A stretch of DNA of 63,234 nt, the filler included, from Octopus bimaculoides (taxonomy: Eukaryota): the NCBI RefSeq assembly GCF_001194135.2. It is 5 parts of 4 records of this genome, joined end to end, with 100 filler letters (N's around TTAATTAATTAA, not from the genome) between each part and the next. Parts side by side here need not be neighbours in the genome. Positions count along the whole stretch, not along the records: positions 34,471 to 54,668 come from NC_069004.1; positions 54,769 to 58,829 come from NC_068995.1; positions 58,930 to 63,234 come from NC_069002.1; 2 more parts are not named here. One strand, written 5' to 3'. A model generated the notes under the pieces. It did not search any database and was not told the DNA's origin. It saw nothing but the letters and a program-made list of their open reading frames with translations. Below are positions 54,185 to 63,234 of the stretch, in pieces (within the stretch, counting starts at the first letter, position 1; every line of letters starts with the position of its first letter). Position numbers and translations under genes: made by a program.

Positions 54185-54315
54185 GCTTGGCATATTGCTC
54201 CACAACTATGGGAGAACAAGTCATTCATATATCCCTATCTACATCCTTTAGGAAGCTGCAGAGATATTTTAAGTGGCTGCGCAGAAACAAACATACTATT
54301 ACAAAGATACGTATA

Positions 54316-54349
<34 letters not shown>

Positions 54350-54353
<4 letters not shown>

Positions 54354-54668
54354 TAGAAATTGCTACTGCAGAGGAGAAAAACTGGGAAGGGGGAAAAAAA
54401 GTCGAAGTCCTCCTCCATATCACTGAAGAGGAGTGCCAAAAGATCCCCACACACATCCAACTGGCAAAGGACCACAAGTTATATGTAGTGGTGGAAGGAA
54501 GGCGGCCACGTTGTTATGTATGCGGCAGCGAGGCACACCTCAAGGACAGTTGCCCAACCGCCGCCAACCAAAAAAAGCAACAAGGGCAACCACCAAAACC
54601 CGGAAAAAAAACCCTACTACCAACACCACCATCAACAATCAAAACAAGAGAAACACAAGCAACACTGG
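54350..54668 (+). mobile_element. Gag-like ORF1 fragment with a CCHC zinc knuckle (L1/Tx1-like, inferred)
   Basis: LYVVVEGRRPRCYVCGSEAHLKDSCP matches CX2CX4HX4C. It is cut off by a gap. Confidence 0.7.
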
Positions 54669-54776
54669 NNNNNNNNNNNNNNNNNNNNNNNNNNNNNNNN
54701 NNNNNNNNNNNNTTAATTAATTAANNNNNNNNNNNNNNNNNNNNNNNNNNNNNNNNNNNNNNNNNNNNATATATGT

Positions 54777-54836
54777 TCGACGGGCTTCTTTCTGTTTCCG
54801 TCTACCAAATCCACTCACAAGGTTTTGGTCAGCCCA

Positions 54837-54840
<4 letters not shown>
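54777..54840 (-). mobile_element. SINE family A fragment
   Basis: GACGGGCTTCTTTCTGTTTCCGTCTACCAAATCCACTCACAAGG. Confidence 0.8.
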
Positions 54841-54886
<46 letters not shown>

Positions 54887-55020
54887 TCAAATATGCAAGA
54901 AATGCAGCGCTAGTGTAATAACATTATCGACCACACATACTTAACGCACAGTCTGTGTATTCGCCGGTAGGCTGTGATTTGGGAAGCAAGCTTCTTACCA
55001 TACAGCCAGCCTGCGCCTAT

Positions 55021-55200
55021 AATAGTAATGATAATCCTTTCTACTATAGGCATAAAGCCTGAAATTTGGAGGGTGGAGCTAGTCGATTATATCGATCCCT
55101 GAGCTCAACGGTTACTTGTTAAATCGACTCTAAAAGACAAAGTTGACCTCGGCCAAGCATTTTGCTCGGCGTGGTAACAGTTCTGCCAACTCGGCGCCCA
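55021..55200 (-). mobile_element. SINE family B (internally deleted)
   Basis: Tail AATCCTTTCTACTATAGGCATAAAGCCTGAAATTT and head TAACAGTTCTGCCAACTCG, both reverse complement of family B. Confidence 0.75.
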
Positions 55201-55828
55201 TTTAATCGAAAAGTTAAAGCTAATTTCAGTCCTCATGGTTTACATTTTATTTAACAGTTACAGGCATGTCCATGCTGGAGCATAAGCATCAGGTATAGGT
55301 TTGCTGATGTATGACGAGGATATTGTATATAGCACAAAAGAAGTAAATACATATTGGTCTTGATTGACAAGCTGCCATCTGAGAAACAAATACTTTGGTT
55401 AACATCCACTTAGGTCTTCTGCATATGTGCAAAAAGCGAGATGGTCACGGCTGGAGTGGCTTGATCATAGGACTGTTCAATCGGAGCTCATGAACACCAC
55501 TAAGAGTTACAACAACAACAGCTATACANNNNNNNNNNNNNNNNNNNNNNNNNNNNNNNNNNNNNNNNNNNNNNNNNNNNNNNNNNNNNNNNNNNNNNNN
55601 NNNNNNNNNNNNNNNNNNNNNNNNNNNNNNNNNNNNNNNNNNNNNNNNNNNNNNNNNNNNNNNNNNNNNNNNNNNNNNNNNNNNNNNNNNNNNNNNNNNN
55701 NNNNNNNNNNNNNNNNNNNNNNNNNNNNNNNNNNNNNNNNNNNNNNNNNNNNNNNNNNNNNNNNNNNNNNNNNNNNNNNNNNNNNNNNNNNNNNNNNNNN
55801 NNNNNNNNNNNNNNNNNNNNNNNNNNNN

Positions 55829-55867
<39 letters not shown>

Positions 55868-56168
55868 GCATTGCAAAAGGAAATATAAGCACAACATACA
55901 ACTATACATAAACACACACACACACACACACACACAACAATAATAACACAATAAAACTCATAGTTCTTGACATTGGGATGAGTGTAATGTGTGTGTAGGG
56001 GGGAGTGGGATGAATTCATGCAGATATATGATGATGTACGTTTGTACATACACGTACCCGTCCACACACGCAAATCACACGCATACACACACAACAAACA
56101 CACGCAAATACAAGTATACAAGTATACACATACACACATACACATATATACATAAATGTGTGCTCATG

Positions 56169-56211
<43 letters not shown>

Positions 56212-56370
56212 CTATATACACGTGTCTGCACATGTGTTGATCCGTCTGTATATGATAACGTATGTGTTAATGTGTTTATATAATTATGTGTGTGTGTATA
56301 TGTGTATATATATATGTATGTATATACATATGTATATGCATATCTATCTATCTATCTATCTATCGATCGC

Positions 56371-56442
<72 letters not shown>

Positions 56443-56816
56443 CCCGAGTGCATGAGTAAGTGTGTGTGTTTGTGTGTGCATGTGTGTGCGTGCGTAGTAT
56501 ATAAATGTTCGATCATATGCGTTTACATACCTGGATAATTAGCGTGTATGGAATTTAGATATTAATGCATAGTGCGTGTAACATACATACATCCGCACAA
56601 AATACCTACATGCACTTATATGTGTGTGTGTGTGTGTGTGTCTATATGTACAATGCACATACACATAGACATTATATAATATACATATACAATATATATA
56701 TATATAAGTATATATGTATGTATATACATATATATGTGTCTATATATACATACACATGCACACACATACATACACACACATATACACGTCTATGTGTGCA
56801 TGTGAGTATGTGTGTG

Positions 56817-56871
<55 letters not shown>

Positions 56872-57279
56872 AATTGCTGCTGTTTGAAGAATTTGATGAA
56901 GAGGAAAATCTGAGAGATTGTGAAGACAGAAATCAGTGTACGAGAGAGAAACGGAGAGACATGAGGAGAGACTGAGAGGGAGTGAGAGAGAGAGAGAGAA
57001 AGAAAGAGAGAGAAATGAGGTGAAGGCGGAGGAAAATGTGACATGGATATATTTGTGTGTGTGCGTATATATACACACACATTTATATATATATATGTGT
57101 GTATGTGTGTGTGTGTGTGTGTGCATTATGGATTACCATTACATTTCTATTCTTGCCCTTTGTTTCAAGGGCATTCTCGGGTATTACCCAGTGGTGGGGG
57201 TCGATAATATCACACATTACTTGTTCATCATTTTTGTATTCTAATTCCGTTTTGTTTTTCTGATTCCTTATTATTATTA

Positions 57280-57326
<47 letters not shown>

Positions 57327-57392
57327 TGTAATTTAAGTTTTGTAAACCTCTTTCGGCTTTTATTTCTTTGTTTTTTTTTTTGTATGTCTCAG

Positions 57393-57581
57393 CTGTTTTG
57401 AGAGTGTTGGCGGACGTTGGCGGGTTTTTTGGAAACGGACACTGGCAGGCGAAGGCGAAGGCCAAGGCGAGGCCAAGTCGAGAACGATAGCAAACGGTGA
57501 TGAAGATGGCGGTTGTTTGGCGGACGCTGCCGGAGACGGAGAGTCAACGGACGACGTGCGGTTTTATTTGTCGATTTTGCC
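57393..57581 (+). other. Candidate GC-rich internal exon of an unidentified transcript
   Basis: A poly-T tract plus CTCAG acceptor ends at 57392, and a GTGAGT donor starts at 57582. The 189 nt are open in one frame (phase 2-2). The peptide is not recognised. Confidence 0.35.
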
Positions 57582-57769
57582 GTGAGTGAGCCACTTGATG
57601 TAAAAGAACATGGTTGGAGCAGCTTGTTTTCCGAGCTTCTTCAACTTCAGTGACTGTCATGCTGGAAGTCAAGCAGGAGAGCTAATCTAACAGAGAAAGT
57701 GTTTGCCTCTTATTGGTGCTGCCACCTAGTTTTAGACACTTTTATCTGTTTCTTTATCTGTTTGTTTAT

Positions 57770-58000
57770 TGCCATTGCTATTGTTGTTGTTGTTGTTGTT
57801 GTTGTTACTGGTGTTGATATTCCGTTTCTTCCGTCTTCTTTTTCCATACAAAACCCTACCCTTCCCCTTACATCCTTCCTATAAGACTAATTAACTTCCA
57901 GAAACCTTCACGACAACGATGACAACGATGACAACGATGACGACGACGACGACGACGACGACAACCACCACCACCACTACCATTACCCCCCCCCCCACCA
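57770..58000. repeat. Trinucleotide tracts (GTT)n, (GAC/GAT)n, (CAC)n
   Basis: Direct observation. Confidence 0.85.
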
Positions 58001-58589
58001 TCACCAGTGCCGCTCATCTATTTTACAAGATCTGGCCATCAGTTTCGGCCAACCATTACAAGACCAGTTTTCGTTATCAGACCACCATACACGTCCGCCA
58101 TCACTACGAGGTCAAAATCACCTGAGTATACCGAACACTAATCCCACTCGTACCTACCTAAGTTTATCTCTATATTTTTTTCTGTAGAATTCAGAGCCTA
58201 CACTGCAAGTTACGACGTTTCGTATACTAATAGGTCTATATACACAATACGATCGAAGAAATAGGTAATAGGTGTATATGCATATTTCAAGAGTTATTCC
58301 TCTGTCATCAGCACTATATCCAACCCATTAACTATCCATGAACCGATTGCTTAAATACCCACTATATTTACCAGAGAAACACAACTGGATAAACAAGTTT
58401 ACATATCAAACCTATTCCTTACAGTATATATATGTAGGTTTGATTTACCTTAAGATTTCTACCATAATCTTACTACGCCTGATGTTGATCAAAACGGTTT
58501 CTTTTTCCTAAAGTTTCTGGCTAATCCAAGTCTAATAAATGGTAGAGAATCGATGGACTGTGTCTAGAATTCGAAAGTCCGGCAGGCCT

Positions 58590-58720
58590 GTCATACCCAC
58601 TGTCCCGCTGATTCTACTTCAGAATAAGGTTAAGAGATGCACGTGGCTGCAGAATACTCAAGCACTTACACGCTAATTTAATTAGCAGGTTCTTCATTAT
58701 TTTGATCGAATAAATGAACG
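58590..58720 (+). mobile_element. SINE family D tail
   Basis: GTTAAGAGATGCACGTGGCTGCAGAATACTCAAGCACTTACACGCTAATTT is collinear with 15305-15370. Confidence 0.55.
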
Positions 58721-58929
58721 CTTATACATGTGTGTGTGTGCGTATGTGTTTGTGTGTGTGTACACACACACACACATATATATCCATACATACATATACA
58801 CACATATGTAAGCATATATATATATATATNNNNNNNNNNNNNNNNNNNNNNNNNNNNNNNNNNNNNNNNNNNNTTAATTAATTAANNNNNNNNNNNNNNN
58901 NNNNNNNNNNNNNNNNNNNNNNNNNNNNN

Positions 58930-58972
<43 letters not shown>

Positions 58973-59559
58973 TACTGAAGTATTCGATTGGGAGAAAATT
59001 TTAATATAATATTACTTGTGGTCAGCAAGCAGAAAATGATTTTGGTATCTCCCACTAATGTTGCGTTGAGGTTCACAACTCCGCTGACTGTCTTTCTAAT
59101 AAACATCAGTAAAATTGTCGTGTGTTTCAATGGAAATATTTCACTGAATGATATATATTTCGACGTAAATCACAGTGAAACTGGTGACTCGGGAACAATT
59201 GATCACATCTGTCAGTGTTTACAATTTATGGTTAGCATTTTTTTTCTTCTCCGGTAAAACACAACAATACATCACAACATAGTAAAAGAGGGAATCAGAC
59301 AAAGCGAGGCGTGGGTAGGGGAGATTTATATTTAGACAACGTTTCCAGATAACAAGAGAATCACCGCAATATATCTTTTCACTAGAAACTAATAAAGATA
59401 TCTCGATTGATTCACTTTTTTTTTTTTATTATTATTCGACTCTTTTGGTACTACTAAATTACTTTATATCGATTGTTCCCATTCGGTTTTTAAAGCTACA
59501 AGTCGTTTGTTATTTTATTTATTTATTTGTTGACTACAGTCCAGTATTGACTTTCTGTT

Positions 59560-61250
59560 CCTCGATGGTAATTGAGTGGTCACGTGATATCCTACATTCG
59601 TGAATTGAATACCATTGTACCATTGAAATCGGACGCACACATTTACAGTAACCTTCACACGGATGGGTTTTAAATCATTTCAAGAATTCGACACCAACTA
59701 CTTAGATTTTGCAATACAAGGATACTTTACACTGACAAAGGAATTCTCTCCCTATTGGTTCCAAAATAAGTGGAATTCTGACCACCAACTTTCTAAAGAA
59801 TCTACAACAAAAAAGAAGCAATTTGATTGGCTTGTTCGTTACACCGGAAATATTTAAACAACGTCTTCTCCTACCCTCCTTTTAACCTGTTATCAGTATG
59901 TAAGCACAGAAGTCCACAATACACTCTGTTATCTCTACAGTGACATTTCCTACAGAACAGACCAGATAACTGCAGCCTATTAAACTTCACACAATCATTT
60001 AGTTAGCGTCGCAATCTGATATACAATTTCTACGACAATGAAACAAAGAAAAAAATATCTCCAGATCTAACACGGTCGGATGATTGGCAACTAAGCCGGC
60101 TTGCCTATCTGTTTGCCAAGTGAAGAATTTGTTGTGGACACTTTACAGGACTAAAAGCGAGACCTGTCAAAAGGTGAACGAGCTCAGTGAGCCCACAAGT
60201 GTTGTGTTGTGTCGTGTCGTAAAAGCATCCTGCATGTGGGCTGAGAACCGTGCAGCCTGTCCACAACCGAAGCCACGAAATCTATAATCAAAGACATACT
60301 ATACTCTCGAATTGGAGTTGACGTCCACGAGAGATGTGGCGTAGAGCGAGAGGACACATCCTAATCTGCTCCGTGGCACAAACCACTTAATGTTCACTTC
60401 TATCCATATTCAAGATATCAGACACACTAAACCTTCTTGCTATAACTTCTCCCATTGGTTCACCAGCTCACATCCTCATACCTACCAAATAATAAACCTT
60501 CCACCATATCCTCTGCTATTTCGAGACAGCTAAATGGTCGAAGAACCGCCGGTTTTATGCTGAAAACAGAATATTGCCAACAATTCACGGAAGAAATTAC
60601 CAACTCTGACAAAGTGCAAGCAGCAGAGACAAAATTTTCAGGCATACGAAATATGCCTCGCTTACTTGAACCGCAAGGATTTTTAAAATCCTTCCAAATT
60701 TCACTCCCTAAAGAGTTTTAACAATTCTCTATCATCCAGGGGCATCATATCAGTTAGTAGAACAGAGCTGAAATCAGCATTTCTATTTTCTTTCTGTTTT
60801 TTTATCCCAATTCACTATCTGTCCCTATTTCCCTCTCCCCAATGACGGTACCAGTAGAAAAGTAAAAACAAAAGTTTGTGAATCAAACAATTTGCTAAGT
60901 CGACCACATAACATTGTGCAGAAGAACGTATTGTTCTTTGCTCAAAGCATCATCAGCAACTGTACGAATTACTTTTAGCCATTCTTCTTCGATCGAAAGA
61001 ATCTAGTCAATGACATATCTACTGAAAGCCACTCTACAAATGCCGTTCGTTTTGCTTCCGACTCCATATTGTAAGTAATCAGCTACACTCCACCAATTTC
61101 TATGTCACTACTTCACGCACCATCACGACGTTCACATATCTTGTAATATCTTCCAAATTTGAAAACCCTTTCTAGTGTTTCTAACCCAACAAAGCTAACG
61201 GTTTATTACTAGAAGTCCCCTCGATCTTTGGAAATTTTGGACAAGCAGTG
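59560..61250 (+). mobile_element. Possible very old CR1-like LINE remnant (endonuclease-RT linker)
   Basis: Only faint peptide resemblance, for example LFFAQSIISNCT to KAELFA..FSSN and EPQGFLKSF to GSRDFWKIF, with many stops. Confidence 0.25.
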
Positions 61251-61351
61251 CTGTTGTATGTGAAAGGCGCTGTAAGTATTACGTTTCTCAACCTCTTAAA
61301 ACCTTACATGGCAATCCTCCATCACACATACACACATATACACATACATCA

Positions 61352-61404
<53 letters not shown>

Positions 61405-61565
61405 TATTATAACGTTGATTAAAGTGTACCACAAAGATTCTTTATCAGAGACAGGAAATATTTCAGTTTTCTTGTAAGATCCTACTTGGCGTACGATCCT
61501 TGGGATAGTGCTATCGCCATACACATACGCACACAACGCGCGCGCACGCACACACACACACTCTC

Positions 61566-61608
<43 letters not shown>

Positions 61609-61750
61609 CTCTCTCTCTATTTCTTTCATGTGACCAAGTCTAAAAGGTTATCTGCTTGATTGGCAGTCTCAATCCTCAGCAGGCTTGAACAGATCTCTTT
61701 CTTTTTCAATCTCTCTCTCTCCCTTTCTCGATCATATACTTTCTAGCTCT

Positions 61751-61847
61751 CTCTCTCTCTCTCAGACATACTCTCTCTCTCTCAGACATACTCTCTCTCT
61801 CTCAGACATACTCTCTCTCTCTCAGACATACTCTCTCTCTCTCAGAC

Positions 61848-61850
<3 letters not shown>
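61751..61850. repeat. 20-bp minisatellite CTCTCTCTCTCTCAGACATA, five perfect copies
   Basis: Direct observation. A sixth variant unit follows at about 61880-61895. Confidence 0.95.
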
Positions 61851-61888
<38 letters not shown>

Positions 61889-63004
61889 GACATATACTCA
61901 CTCTCCCTCTGAATGCAGACGCCATGCTTACAAGCCTTAAACTTCCCTACCAAAGCTTGAAGATTCATGATTTTTTTTGTATGAAAGATATAGCAGTGAC
62001 TTCCCCGCGGCCTTCTGCAGGTTTATTTACAATGTACTCTGCTAGTCTATCTCCCTCCAGAGTTTACCCTTGAAGTACAGGGACATCAGGGCATGTGTGA
62101 CATGTCTCGGGGGCCAGTTTTCTCCGAGTCTAGTATACCTTAACCACAGGGGTATCGTCTGTTGTGTGATCCATAACTGAGTTCCTTAACAGGTAACTAC
62201 CACCCCAAATCAAGGCGGACTTGGGAGTAGCTGTGCTTAAGGGACAACTCTTGCCTTTCAAGCTGGAGTTTCACTACCAGATGTAGTTTACTGTTTCCCA
62301 GGACATTGAACGCCAAATTCACGGAAACTGCTGTCTTTTTGACACATATTACCTCTCACCTTCAACATCTTGCACTAAACATTTTATTCAATCTTGCTTA
62401 CACAGAACAGCAGCTATTGGAATACTTTGTTTGTCTGTGTGGTTCATACAGACATTCGTCAATGACGTTCAAGCTAAACCTCAACTGGGGAGAAGGGGAC
62501 TGGAAAAGATTATAGATTATGTCCTTCCTCCTGTGCTCACCATAAAATAAAACAAGACACGGCGTTAAGGATTAAGGGAAAGAAATTCGTGGACAACGCT
62601 ATTAAAACCATTGAACTTCAGACCATGTGTTATAGTGAAGAGTAAACCTTTAAAATGTAGGGAACAAATGTGATATTATCAGGACACAGACATATCGTTT
62701 TTGCAGTATGGTTGTGAAAAGGCAGGTATTATACGGTAAAACTACTCCTTAAAGAGTATAACTGCCCGTTCGATTAACACGAAAGATTCTGTCACACACA
62801 TGAAGGCGTAAATAGTTTAATCTATGATCTGACATTATGGTTACAAAGATAAAAATAGGAGCAGACGACTGAGTATCGTTCGTTAGACAACCAGAAATCT
62901 GGACAGACAAACAAGAATGATTATAATAAATATTCATCACAGAAAAACGGTCTATTTTCAAAGAAAAACTGCCAGTTTGTTTTTAAATTGAATATTTTAA
63001 TGAT

Positions 63005-63175
63005 ATAGGTGCAGGCATAGTTGTGTGGTTAAGAATCTTGTGGTCGGTGTGGTCTTGGGGTCTTGTGATCGGTGCCACTGCGCGGCACCTTAGGAAAGCG
63101 TCTCCTACTATAGCTCCGGGCCGACAAAACATTGTGAGAGGATTTGGTAGACGGAAACTGAAAGAAACCTGTCGT
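63005..63175 (+). mobile_element. SINE family A 5' half
   Basis: ATAGGTGCAGGCATAGTTGTGTGGTTAAG...GGATTTGGTAGACGGAAACTGAAAGAAACCTGTCGT, followed by a TA-rich tract. Confidence 0.85.
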
Positions 63176-63234
63176 GCGCTCGCGCGCATGAATGTATATA
63201 TACATATATGAATATATATATATATATATATATA

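Noticed and set aside
61751-61850. Regular repeat array resembling CRISPR
   Set aside because: There are no unique spacers or cas genes, and the context is eukaryotic.

Overview
This is AT-rich, gap-riddled eukaryotic genomic DNA. I infer an octopus or other coleoid cephalopod from its SINE families and its dense AT/CA/TAA/TATC microsatellites. No intact host protein-coding gene is supported, and most long ORFs in the track are microsatellite or N-gap artefacts. The window is mostly decayed mobile elements: (1) many copies of at least four tRNA-headed SINE families; (2) R4/Dong-like LINEs with a restriction-like endonuclease (REL), sitting in (TAA)n tracts; (3) an RTE-type reverse transcriptase (RT) fragment; (4) a Helitron PIF1-helicase fossil with its 3' terminus, plus a second matching terminus; (5) the 5' half of a CR1/L2-type LINE whose ORF1 has a Myb/SANT-like N-terminus and a CCCH-like finger; (6) three mariner fossils; (7) Penelope-like (PLE) remnants; (8) a CCHC gag-like fragment. 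The most interesting signal is a set of minimal type-I hammerhead ribozyme (HHR) motifs. One is nearly intact (25788-25824), and two lie in the 3' tails of tRNA-headed SINE-like elements. One of those elements is bracketed by a perfect 27-bp inverted repeat. This suggests Pol III SINEs carrying Penelope-type ribozyme tails (inference). A GC-rich candidate exon (57393-57581) is the only hint of a host transcript. Family names come from motif recognition by eye, not database searches.
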